Of a DNA stretch of 64,000 nucleotides, positions 20,873-33,100 are shown piece by piece. Both the position numbers and the translations under genes were made by a program. The DNA comes from Prasinococcaceae sp. CCMP 1430 (lineage: Eukaryota > Plantae > Prasinodermophyta), in NCBI GenBank assembly GCA_013416795.1, contig RQSC01000023.1, positions 151,768-215,767 on the forward strand, written 5' to 3'. Within the stretch, counting starts at the first letter, position 1. Each line of letters begins with the position of its first letter. A model generated the notes under the pieces. That model saw nothing but the letters and a program-made list of their open reading frames with translations, had not been told where the DNA came from and searched no databases.

Positions 20873-22034
20873 TCAGTTGTAGCCAAGGCGGTCGACAGCA
20901 TCGTTGTACGCGGCGAGGTTGGCGCGGAGGTCCTCCGCGCTCTGGATTGTGAAGCTTCCAGTCTCGGACCCTGCGCCCTGCGCCGTCTTGCCTCTGGTCT
21001 CCGCTTCGTCTATGGCTTCGAGTTCCCAGTCAGCGAGACCGTGCGATTGCAGAGCGGTGCGCGTCTCCAGCGTGCCGCCGCGGTTGAGCGGGTCCGCGAG
21101 CGAGTGGGCCTCGTAGCACATGCGGGAAATCTGGGGATCGTCGACCAGGGTGATCTTGGGCTCGGCGGTCGTCGGGGTGTTGAAAGCGGCGTTGAACTGC
21201 TCCCGGCAGTGGTCCGGCACGCGGCTGAGCACAAACTCGAACCAAGAGTCCCACTGCTTCTTGGGCGTCGACGTATCGACGACGTAGTCCGGGCGGTAGA
21301 CCAGGTACTCGCCTGTGCCTGCTTCCGTGCGCTCGTTGACAATGACCCTTCCATTGTCCACGACGATCTCATACCGCGCGTCGTCGGCGCGCAGCGTGAG
21401 GCTGCCATCGCTGGCCCACTCGAAGGACGCTATGGTGAGGGTGTGGAGCCTCTTGTCGAAGAGCACAGTGACACGCTCAACCTCGCCGAGGAAGTCGGGG
21501 CTGAGCATCGGCGCGTCTGCTAGCTTGAACATGCGCACGGCATCGCCGCTGGTTGCGACGGTGTCCGTCCCAGCCAAGAAGCTGACACCGTCGCCGCTTC
21601 CGTCGAAGTCCAGCTGCTTCCCCAGGTGCACTGCGAGGAAGGCGAGGCCGACATTGGCGACGAGGAGTGCCCCCACGAAAGTGCTGAGCACAAGCATGAT
21701 CTTGCTCTTGAAGGACTCCGCCTCCTTCGCCTTAACCTGCGAGTCGCACACGGGGAAAGCGAGGGGGTGGCGCAGCCCGCATGAGCGCCGGAGAACCAGC
21801 GGCGACAGGCGTCGATCGCGCCGGCCCGCGCGAGCGCGCGCACTGCTCAAGCGCACGACGGCGTACCTCCTTCTCCAAGACATTGTACACCTCGAGAAGA
21901 GACAGGTCCCCGCTGCGGTCTACGTCAAGCGCGATGATGCTTTCGATCGCGGCAGGGTTCGCCTCCCTTCCTGAGGCCTCGATGAGACTCACAAGGTCCT
22001 CGCGCTTCGAGGCAGAGATCGTTAGGGACGCCAT
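20873..22034 (-). CDS. Uncharacterised single-pass membrane protein with N-terminal EF-hand-like loop; exons 22034-21867 and 21736-20873
   Basis: EF-hand loop DVDRSGDLSLLE, TM segment IMLVLSTFVGALLVANVGLAFLAV, phase-0 GTACGC..GCAG intron. Confidence 0.8.
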
Positions 22035-22882
22035 GATCTCTCTCTGTCTGCACGGGCTGCTCGAAGCTCCCGTCTGCGATGGAGCTGCGCTGGGTCCCCG
22101 CTTTTGGAAGGGGGGGGTGAGGCCTGATGATGTCCCCGGCTGTGGGAGTGGCACGATGAGTCACTTACAGAAGGCGGGCAGGAGACACGCACGCACACAC
22201 GCCGAGCACGCGCGCGCGCGCGCGCGCACGTTGCGTTTCTTTCGGCCCGCCCCGCCCCGCCGAGCGCTTGTCGCGCTCCGCGCCCGCATTTCGGCGGCGC
22301 GGCCTTCAAATGATCATATCAATTCACATTTTAAAAAACGGCGGGAAAGAATTTCGGACGCGGAGCGCGCGGCCGGCGCCAGGTAACCGCCGGCGACCTG
22401 GCGCGTGGGGGAACAGATTTGCTCCAGGTCGCACGCGCCAATTGGTGCAGAAACAGATTTCGTGCGGCACAAAAGGATACCGCAGCGGTTACGACGTCTG
22501 GCTTCTGGTTCCTTGGCAAGTGCAGTTTATTATGAAAGCTCATGGTCACTATGGATTCGCGTCAATTCGTCTGAAGAAAGCGATGGAGTCCGTTGTGCGC
22601 CCAACCGCTCTTGGTCACCAGCTTCCCCTCGCGACCCGTGCGAGGCCCGGCCGCGCTGCAAGGCCGCCGGGCCGCCGGCCGTGCTCTCGGGGCGCCCCGC
22701 GGGGTGGGGCGGGAGGGGTGGGGAGGGCCCGACGTGCTCGCCAGTGTTCCACACGCGCACGTTCGCTGCCGGCGCGCGGCGGCGGCGGGGAAGCGTGCTG
22801 CTCGGGTGGCGCGTAGCGCGCGTCGTGCTGGTGGCAAGGGAGGCGCGAGTGGAGTTGCGGCTGCGCCCCCAACTGCGTAGGC

Positions 22883-23893
22883 ATGATGGCCGAACCACTG
22901 GGCGGCTTTGGCGGCTTCAAGGAGGAGCCCACTAAGGCGAGGCCCTCTGCGGTCGCAGTCGCGGCCGCCGTGGTTGGTTGGGTGGCGGCGGTGGCGCTCG
23001 CCGTGGCGCTCGCAATCAGCGTGGTGTCAGAGGACGGCGGCAGTGGTGGTAGCGGCGGCAGCGATCCCGCCGGAACGCAGCCAGCGTACGACCCTGAGTG
23101 GTGCCACCGCTTCGACGAAGCGGCGTACAACGGCACGGGGGCGTGGGTTCCGAACATCGACCTGCGCTCCTCCTTCCCGGCGTGGGACTGGGAGCATGGG
23201 TACTGGGTTGGGAAGCTGTCGTACTATGGCGCAGACCAGGAGGCGAACGAGAGCCCGACATGGCCGTACAAGTACGACCACTACGAGGGTTTCGTCCGGA
23301 TCTGCGTGCGCGGAAGCGAGTTCGTGCAGCGCAACATCTTCGTCTACCCGCCACAGACGAGCGAGTTCTGCGCGGCGCATGGGTACAATGCCACGCGCCC
23401 TGCGCCAGGCGGCGGCATGTGTGGCGTGCACGGGAACGAGAAGCTGTGGGAAGCCGGCCCGCTCTTCGCCGACGACTGCGAGGGTAGAATGGCTGGGCCG
23501 TACAAGACGCCCAACGGCACGTTCTTCACAAACACGACTGTGTTCGGGGCTAGGTCCATCCTGTACAACGTGTGGATGCCCACGCGTGGCGAGGTGCGGC
23601 CGGACGCCCAGTCTATCCTCTTCCAGAACCAGCTCACGACGTTCGAGAATGGGGGCGCGAGCAGATTCCGCACAGCGCAGGGCTTCTTTCCGACGAAGAC
23701 GCTCTCGTTCTATACGGAGACGAAGGTGAACCGGACGGCCTTCATGGCGGCGCTCGAGGACGCTCGGGCGCGATTCAATGTGCGCGAGGAGGATCAGTGC
23801 AAGTTCGACGGCTACGGCGTGCCCACCGGACGCAACGCCGAAAGCTGCGCCCAGTTCTTCGACGACTTCTTCGAGGGCTGCGATGAGCCTTGA
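22883..23893 (+). CDS. Uncharacterised type-II membrane protein with Cys/aromatic-rich extracellular beta domain
   Basis: 336-aa ORF with strong codon bias, an N-terminal TM helix, several NxT sequons and a GYWVG motif. Confidence 0.8.
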   Translation: MMAEPLGGFGGFKEEPTKARPSAVAVAAAVVGWVAAVALAVALAISVVSEDGGSGGSGGSDPAGTQPAYDPEWCHRFDEAAYNGTGAWVPNIDLRSSFPAWDWEHGYWVGKLSYYGADQEANESPTWPYKYDHYEGFVRICVRGSEFVQRNIFVYPPQTSEFCAAHGYNATRPAPGGGMCGVHGNEKLWEAGPLFADDCEGRMAGPYKTPNGTFFTNTTVFGARSILYNVWMPTRGEVRPDAQSILFQNQLTTFENGGASRFRTAQGFFPTKTLSFYTETKVNRTAFMAALEDARARFNVREEDQCKFDGYGVPTGRNAESCAQFFDDFFEGCDEP

Positions 23894-24352
23894 GGAGTAC
23901 CTCGTCGGGGCTCGGGCATGCCGCGTGGTAGTCGTGCGCCACGAGCTCCGCGAGCCACGAAAGGGCCCTCCGTAAAATCGATTTTGAGGAATTTGTTTGG
24001 CTGCCGCTCACGTGTGCCCCGCAGACAGAACCGCGATTGTTTCGCCGCGGCCACCCAGGCAAACATTTCACCCTCGTGAAACAGGTCGTACCCGGCGGCG
24101 CGCGGGTGCGCGGTGCCACACAGAGCGCGCTGGGGCAGGGGCGCGGCTTGAGCATCGGGTGGGAGGGGCGGCGCTCGTCTACCGCGCACGAACTGCGCGG
24201 TGGGGAGTCGCGCGGTGGCAACAGCGCTCGCGGCGGGCGCGCTCGTGATTGCTGCGGGCGCGGTGGCTGCCGCAGCGGCAGCGGCGGGCCGCGCAGAGCG
24301 GCGGGCCGCGTGGGACGGCCCTGGCAGCGGCATTGGCGGCGGCGGCCAGTGT

Positions 24353-26023
24353 ATGGGTGCCATGGCGTCAGCGCCGTCGGTCCGCGCGACCACGTGGAAT
24401 GTGGCGGCGGTGAACAACAACCCCTTCGAGTACTGGATCACTCACCCCGATGCCGAGTACGCCGCCTTGATGGGCGCCGTCGAGGCGTTCATCGATGCGC
24501 CGGCCGAGCGCGACTTGCCCGTGCGAGAAGTGCTCACGAGCGAGATGGTCGCTCGCCTGGTTGAGGCAATGCGCGCGCGTGGGTGGGTGGGTGTAGAAGA
24601 AACCGCGGCGGCATGGGATGCCGATTTTTCGCAGCGCCGCATCATCTCGGGCTTTCTCAAGGATAAGACGCTCGGCTCTAAGCGCCTCGCCTCGATGCCC
24701 GACCGCGTGACCAACACCATCGGACTCGCCGATGGCACGACTGCATGCCGCCCGGCGGTCATCAACATGTATGAGGTGCGTGAGCGGTGAAGGCGATCGC
24801 CAGAGCCGGCGCGCCCATCTGCATGTTACCTGGCAGCCCCTGGCACTGACTGTGCGTGGCACGCTTGGCGCTTCCCAACCCCTGCGCACCACTTTGCCTC
24901 CTCTGCACAGGGCCCGCTCGACAGCATCGACCAATGGTTCACGGCGTGGCTCGCGTTCATGTTCGAGGATGAGCTGGAGCTCAAGGCGAAGGATGGCTCG
25001 GTGGAAAGCAAGAAGGGTGCCTGCGAGCTCCTCGGTCCCATCCGCCGCGCAAAGTACCCGGACGTGACCGAGGAGGAGGAGCGCATCAGCTTGCCGCTGC
25101 AGACGCTCTGTCAGGCGATTTTCGACGCCGTGCTCGTACACGTGCTCAACACTGTCGCTCCGGGCAAGTGGCACACGTTCAAGTTGCAGCTGTGTGAGGC
25201 CCTTGCGAAGAAAAAGACACAGAGGACAATCTCCATCCTTTCATCGGAGCACTGCGCCTCGTCGGACGTCATCGCACTTCAGGAGGTGTCAGGCGCCATG
25301 TTTGATGCCATCAGTGCTTCGCCGCTGGCGGATTCGTATCACGTGCTGGCGCCCGCGTCATTCTCGCGTAAGCGGGACCAGAACTCGATCGTCCTTGCTC
25401 GAAAGGCGCTCTTCAGCGAGCCGGAGGACGCCTCGGGCGCTATTGAGGCGACTTTCGCCGATAAGGGCGAGAAGTGCCCGAGCGACGCGGGCGACCTGGC
25501 TGCCTTCAAGGTGAAGTACGGCGACTCCGGCGCCGCGTGGTTGCTCGCTTCGTTCCACGGCGACACCAATGGGCTGATGACCTGGCCAGTGACCGAAGCG
25601 GTGGCGCAGTACGCCAACGCGCACCACACTGCGCTTCTGTTCGGCCTCGACGCCAACACATACAACAAGCCCGTCGCAGGCAAGCAGTACGGCTGCGAAG
25701 ACTACGGGGCCGCTTTGGGAGGCGTCAACATGACGTCCTGCTGGGGTGACACGCCGAGTCCGACAAACTTTACCACATACATCGCGCGCACGTATCTGCA
25801 GCCTCAGCTGAATAAAGCGGTGAAGGCCAGCGAGAAGGCAACCTCCAAGAACACTGACCGCAACCCCAAGGACTTCATCGTATTTTTCAAGGGCTCGTTT
25901 GAGGTCGAGTCTACAGCCAAGGACAACACCGGCAAGGGCACCTTCGAGGGCGACTCGCTGCTCCCGACGCTCGATTTCCCGTCGGACCACGCCGCGTGCA
26001 CGGCCGTACTCACCGTGCTGTGA
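24353..26023 (+). CDS. Endonuclease/exonuclease/phosphatase (EEP) superfamily protein; exons ..24775 and 24911-26023
   Basis: Motifs TTWNV, IALQEV, SFHGD, GLDAN, FPSDH; phase-0 intron 24776-24910. The start is uncertain because the frame is open upstream to GTG 24200. Confidence 0.85.
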
Positions 26024-26354
26024 GGCTGGCGTGTCGCAGCACGCGACAGCAAGTGCCTCAGAAGCCGAGCGAGTCGAGGGAGGCGCAGTAAAAAAAAAAA
26101 CATTTCCCACCTACAGAAACAAAAAAGTTGGCGCTCCGCATCATGCCTGCCCGCGCGACTGTGCCCCCGGGCGGCGCAGCGCTGTCGGTGTCCCCCCTCT
26201 CCCCCACCCAACCTCCCCTCCGCGCCCATCCCTCGTATGCCACAGCGCGCGGCCGGCGCGCTGTGCTCTGCGCGACCGCTGCTCGAGCGCCGCCCACTGT
26301 CTTCACTTGGGGCATCCGGTCGCCAGTGCCCCGCTCGCAGGCGGCGCGCGCGGC

Positions 26355-29300
26355 ATGCTTGACGAGTGGGGCGAGGCCGCGCGCGGCGGCGAGCACACCG
26401 CCGCGACGCTCGCGGCGGGCGTGGGAGCGGCAGCGTACGGACTGGACGCAGCGGCGGATGTGCGTGCGTCGTCATTTGTGGCGACTGGGGATAGCTCCGC
26501 CGCCGTAGCCGGGAGCGGTGGCGGCGTGTTCTCCCTCGACGTCGCAGAACGCGGCGTGAATGGCACGCGCGGTGCGTACCTGCGCTGCGCTGCACACGCC
26601 GGTGGTAGCGCCGTGTGCGGCACGGATCGCGGCACACTCGTGCGTGTGACGCTCGCCACGGGAGAGGCGCGCGAGCTAGAGCTGGGTGCATCCGAGCGCT
26701 CCGAGCGTGTCGAGAGCCCCGAGCCCGTCACGGCTGTGTGGGCGCACCCACGCGGAGATGCGGCTTTGGCGACAAGTGGGCGCTCGGGCACGGATGCGTA
26801 CTACGTGAGCCCGGTCTGGCGCCGAGCACGGCTGTTGGGCAAGCTACGCACATGTGCTGTGAAAGCTTGCTGCTGGGCGCCGGTAGCCATCGAGCAGCCA
26901 CGAGGTGCGAGTGGAGCGAGTGACCAAAGCACGGACGCGTTCTATGTGGGCACTGCTGAAGGTGCAGTGCTCGCAGTGACCGTCGATGGGGAGCGCCACG
27001 ACAGCGCACGCCAGCTGGCCCAGATCGCCGCGCCACGAGAGGTGTGTGGGAGCGTGCTTAGAACAGCGTGCGCATCGGATGACGCACAAATATGAGTCCT
27101 TGTGTGTGTTCGCGCCGTGTATGCGCGCGCATGCTTGCCCGTGCGGCATTGCTGACGCACGAACGTTCTGTGCAGCCCATATGCGCAATGGCGGCCGCTG
27201 AGACGCTAGCGGGAGGAGTGGTGCTACTGGTAGCAACGCCAACGCGGCTGTTCGCATATGGGGGCGAGGATGGCGCAGCGTCTGTCGAAGGCGCGCTTCA
27301 GCGTGTGCCTGACGTGGTGGAACTCCCGGGTTTCGCGGACCACAAGAGCGAGTTGCTGCTGCACGTGGCCGCCGCAGACGGCGGCACCGGCGATGCGCTG
27401 CGATACGCGTGGATGGCCGCACCCGGTGTGTACCACGGCGAGCTTCGCACGAGCGGTGCCGAGGCCGTGAGCGCTCTCGAGCATGACACGAATGGCTCTG
27501 GTGGAGTCCTCGCGGGTGGCACGCTACTCTCTTATCCTGCCATGGAGTCTTCACCACCCCTGTCGATTGCAGCCACCGAATTCCACTTCGCTGTGCTCTG
27601 GGAGGATCGCCTAGCGGTGATAAATCGTCTGAGCGAGCGGGTTGCCTTCGAGGAAACGCTCTCTCGGCGATACGAGCTGCGCACGGAGGGTGCACCGCTG
27701 GGCTTCGCAGTAGCGTGCGGTGATTTGCAGGACGGGCAGCCGCCTCCGTATGCATTCACGCCGCGCTCGCTCTTGGTGTTGCGCGCGAGCAACGAGGGCG
27801 GCGACATTTGGCGCGCGCTGCTCGGCCGCGGGGACTACGAGGCTGCTCTTGCGCGCTGCTCAACGCAGGCTCAGCGCGCGGTCGTGCTCAAGGCGCGCGC
27901 GGACGCCTGTTTTGCCGCCGGCGACTACAGCGTGGCCGCGGATTATTACGCGCGAGGCTCTGAGGCTGCGCGCTTCGAGGAAGTCACGCTTGCCTTCCTT
28001 GAAGCAGGCCAACCAGACGCTCTGCGCGCGTATCTGCTGCACCGCTTGGACGCGCTGCCTCGCACCGACCGCTCTCAGATTACCATGCTGGTGACTTGGT
28101 TACTTGAATTGTATCTGGACAAGGCCGCGCGACTGCAGCAGCGCATGGCTGCAGAGGAGCGGGCCGAGCGCCACGCGGCGGCATCGGCCGCCGGCGGTGT
28201 CTTTGAGACCCTAGCCGACGGTGAAGAGGCCGCCCTCTGTGCGAGGCCGCGGCTGTCGGCGGCCGCAGCACACGCGGCGTGTGTCGACGAGCTGCGCGCA
28301 TTTTTGGCGGATCATCACGCGTCCCTTGACGTGCGAGTCGCTTCAAGTCTGTTGGCATCGTACGGCCGCGAGGATGAGCTCATCCTACTCGCTGAGGCGC
28401 GCGGCGACATAGAAGCAGCCGTTTGGTTCCACCTCGACCGCGGAACCACCAAGCAGGCTTTGTCGGCTCTGCGCCGCCCGAGTGCGAGCGCGGCACTGCG
28501 CGTTCGTGCGGCGCCACGCCTGATGGAGCTCGATCCCGCTGGTGCGGTGGACCTCTGGATGGAAGCAGGTGGCAAACTTGAGCCACGCGAGCTGCTGCCG
28601 GCCCTCGCGCGCCTCGCGGGCGACGAGATGGCGGGCGTGGCCTCCGCTGACGGTGCGGATGGCTTCGAGGCAGGGCGTGCAGAAGCTGTTCGCTACCTTG
28701 AGTATGCCGTGCTGCGCCTGCGCTGCCGCGACGACGTGGTACACACGCTGCTGCTGACCATGTATGTGCGGCTGGGTGATGAGGCACGCCTGATGCGCTA
28801 CCTCACAACTCCCGGTGTGGGCGAGTCGGTGGAGTTGAGCGAACGAACAGCGGCAGGTGCCAGCAGCAAGCTGGTTGCAGGCCCCACCACGCCGTACGAC
28901 GCCCGGCTAGCACTGCGCCTGTGCCGACAGGCGGGCATGATGCGTGCGTGCGTGCACATATACTGTGCTCTTGGCATGTTTGAGGAGGCCGTTGGACTGG
29001 CGCTGGGGGTGTCCGTCGAGCTAGCGAAGGCGGTAGCTTCGCAACCTGATGAGGGCTCGCCGTTGCGCAAGAAGTTGTGGTTACGCGTCGCTCGGCATGT
29101 GGTAGAGCAGGGCGACACCGGCGGCGGTAGTGCGGCGAACGGTGATGGTGGTGTCGGGATAGAGGCCACTCCGGAGCGCTTCTCAGTGGCCATGTCCTTT
29201 CTGAAAGATGCCGGCGGTCTGCTGAAGGTGGAGGACATTCTGCCCTTCTTCCCCGACTTTGTCATGATCGACAACTTCAAGGACGCCATCTGCGCGAGCG

Positions 29301-29848
29301 TGGAGGAGTATTCGGACCGCATCGACGAGCTCAAGCTGGAGATGGAAGAGGACACTCGCCGCGCGGAGGCAATACGCGCCGACGAGGAGCGCCTCGCGCA
29401 GCGGTGCGTGGCTGTGGGTGAGGGTGCGCCATGCGCGCGCTGTGGCCAGCCTGTGGGCCAACATGCTTCGACCGCGCACGCACCGAACGGCAGTGCGGGC
29501 GGGGGCGGACACTCCAGACAGCCTGTCTACGCATTTCCCGATGGCACCGTATACCTTCGAGACTGCCTCCTTGAAGAAGCCATCCCTCACCTCGGCAAGA
29601 CCCAGAGCACGCGCGCAATCGCCATCCGCGTGCAAATGACCACCATCGGTGCAGCTGCTGCCTGGGCTCCGCCACACATGGTGTCGCGCGTGCCGACCGA
29701 CATAGCCGCGCTCGGCGCCGAGGAGCTTGAGGATGCACTCGGCTCCATCATCGGCGCGGTCAACCCCCGCGTCAGCGAGATGGCCATCAAGGCAATCACG
29801 GAGCCCTTCGTCGGCTCGGCCGCCGATGCCGACGCATGGGCGGTGTAA
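26355..29848 (+). CDS. VPS18: Vacuolar protein sorting 18 (Pep3); exons 26355-27041 and 27176-29848
   Basis: Motifs VATPTRL, TEFHF, FEEVTLAF, QITMLVTWLLELYLDK, LKVEDILPFFPDFVMIDNFKDAIC; phase-0 intron. Confidence 0.95.
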
Positions 29849-30112
29849 GTCGAAATGCCTCTAGCTAGAAAACGCGCGTGGTGGCAAATAATACGGATTG
29901 ATGCATTTTGCGGAACTGCAAAGACGTCTTTCTTTACCTTCACGCCCACTGCCGCGCGGTCCACGCGGGCGGCAGCTGTTGCGCCACTCGGCGCGGTCGC
30001 GCGGCGCGTCGCCCCGCAGGCGCCGTCGCTCGGTGCGCACCACGGGCGGCACTTGTGCTCGCCTGCGCGCACGCGCGCAGGGCCGCCGCGCCGCGCTGCC
30101 CGCGGGGACACG

Positions 30113-33100
30113 ATGGCGGACCCAGGTGATGGTGAGGACGACGACCTCGACTTGTGGCTCACGCTCCGCACGCAAACGCAGAGCACGCTCGGGGGTGGCG
30201 ACAGCCACCGCGCAAGCGAGGGCGGCGGGGCGCGCCGGAAAAGCGCACCCAAGCCGGCGGCTGGTGATGGCGCCGTCGGGCTGCACACAGCGGCGGCCAC
30301 GTCCGCAGCGGCGCAAACAGCGAGGGTGGCGGTGCAGCCGGGAACTTCGGGCGATGCGACGAGCCTGGAGCACGGCGGTGGGAAGCGGAGCGGTGCGGTC
30401 GCGGCGACCGCTGTGCCGCCGCGCTGTGCTCCGCCATTGCCGCCGCATGCGTCGATCGCAGCCGTCCCACTCACAGCTGAGGACCAGGAAGAGTACGAGC
30501 GTGCGCGAGCGGCTGCCAAGCGAAACGAGGTGGAGATGGCAAAGCTAGAAGAAGAGCTCAAGGCAATCTTTGACGCAGAGCAGAGGATGCGCTCGATGGA
30601 TGCCGAAAAGCTCGCAGCGGCTTGCGCCGGTGCCGGCAGCGGCGACGGTGGCACGCAAAACAGTGCTGCCGACGACAGCGACACGCAGCGGCTCATCGCT
30701 GGGCTACGCCGAGCCGCACACCAGAGTGAGCCGGCGGAGGCGCACACGGGGGATGCTCGAGCACGAGCTGGCCAGGATTTTGGCGACGGAGGGCGCGAGC
30801 TGGATGGCGATGACGGTGGTGGGGCGTGGCAGCGCGACCCGGCCACCGCTGCGGCCGCCTCAGCAGCGCTCTCGGCCATCCGCGCAAACCGCGCGCTGCG
30901 CCGCGCGCTCGCTGCGATGGTCGAGACCACAGCAAAGGCGCTCGACCGGACAATGTTGGCCAAGACGGGCCTTCTCGCGCAGGTTGCCAAGTGGCGCTCC
31001 ATTAAGCGCGGCTGGCAGCTCAACACCCTCGGCGACGAGAACATGCGTGCGCTCAATCCACGGCGGCAGGCGCGCCTTTTCGAGGCCAAGGTCGCGGTAG
31101 CGCGGCCGCCTCTGCCCCAACCCGGTGTTGCGCAGGGAACGAAGGACGGAGAAAGAGTGGTCGCACCTGCGGGCACGACACGAGTCAGTGCAGAGAGGCC
31201 TAGGGACGATGTCAGTGCTGCTGCCGTGCGCTCTGCCCCGGACCAGCACCAGAATTTGTGGGAGCGACCCGCGCCATGCGCGGTCGAGTCGCGCGTGCTT
31301 TACACGCGTGACGTGGTACCATCGCTGTGCCGCTTGGTGTCCTGGCGCCAGGAGGATGCGTCAGCGCTCCGCGCCGCGGTAGAGGCGCAGGTGCGCAGCG
31401 CAGTTACAGAGACCGTGTACGCTGAGCTTCAGCAGAGGCACGCGCAACGCGGCGCCCCCAAGACCATCGATGGCGTACTGAGCGCGCTGGAGGCGTCCAA
31501 AAAGACGCTTGAAGAGCTCATCGATGCCAGCGCACCTTTCCATGCTGCAGCCGTCGCCGCTCTTGACAATATCAACTGGGACAGGGTCGCATGCACCGAC
31601 AACCACCTCAGGCACAGGTATGGCCCGTTCGAGTGCAAGCGCTATTGGGTGCACGAGATGAATCCTAAGCGCCCCCGCAAGCGCGAGTGGTGCAAGGAAG
31701 ACGACGCAAAGCTGCTCCAGGCTGTCGAAAGTATTGGAGTGATGGGCCGCTGGGCGGAGATTGCTGCACGTGTGGACAACGGCCGCGATGCAGTTGAGTG
31801 CCTCGGGCGCTACCAGACGGAGCTCAGCAGCGCGCGCACTGCGAAAAAGACGGGGCGGTGGACGCCAGAGGAGGACAAGCTGCTCCTCGCGCAGGCGAAT
31901 CACGCCATGCGCAGCGAGTGGTCGCTGGTCGCGCAACACATCCCGGGGCGCGACAACTCGCAGTGCATGCACAGGTGGCGCCAGAGACACAAAGTCAACA
32001 ACATGACTGTGCCAGGCGCGTTTGAGCCCAAGGCAGTGCCCGCCACTGTAGCAGCACACGCCCTGGCCGTCAAGAAGGAAGACAGCTCGGGTCGGGACTC
32101 CCCAGCTAGTCACAAGGAGAGCAGAGCCGGGAAGGCAGGGGCTATAGCGGATAGCACCGCTGCTATTTCTATGGCTATGGGTGCGTCCGTCATAAAGAAG
32201 GGCATCTGGACCAAGGAGGAAGATGAGCAGCTGCTGAAGGGAGTGAACGCCTGCGCCGCGAGTGGACTGGGCACAAGCGGCGGCAAACGTGCGGCCTACG
32301 GCGTGTGGACGCGCGTGGCGAGCTTCGTCCCCACACGAACGGACACGCAGTGCCGCGAGCGCTACAAGAACATCCTGAATCCGGCTGTGAACAGGGGGAA
32401 GTGGTCGGAAGAAGAGGACAACAAGCTCCTGCATATCGTGCGAGAGGCTGCCGAAGGCCTTGGGCACGACTTAGCTGAGCTTGAGCCGTCGAAGCAGAAG
32501 CGTGGCTCGCGCCGTGCACGTGGTGCAGCAGCGGGTGCCAAGGGCGGCGCTGCCGCGCAAGGATCAGCATTTTCAGACCGCAAGTACGACCCCAAAAAAA
32601 TGATGTTCTCGCTCGTGTCATGGGCGGAGGTTGCGCGCATCATGGGGACCGGCCGCACGGATGCCGTGGTACTCAAACGTTTCCAGACTGTCGCGAAGAA
32701 ACGCGACCCCCAACTCTTCAAGATCTACGCGTCTTCCGAAGGCGCGCGCCGCTCTGGAGAGCTCAAATCGAAGGCACTTGATCTGGACACGCTCTCGTTG
32801 CCGCCGTTGAAGGGCCCCCAGCCAAAGAAGGCCGCGCCGCGGAAGAGGGCCGCCAGGCCGAGGAAGGGAACAGGGAGCGGGGGCGCGTGTGGCGGTGTCA
32901 ACGGACCGGCCACGGGCGAGGCCGTGCAGGGAATCGGACTCAAAGGGAAGGCTAAAGTAGCCGACGACGAAAAAATCGATGATCATGCAAGTACCACGCG
33001 TGCCGCTGGCGGGACTAATGAGGCTGAAGTTGAAGCAAGACGGCTCAGGCGAAACGCGCAAGCTGCCGCCTCGAGAAAGCGTAAGCGGGAGCGCGAGGCG

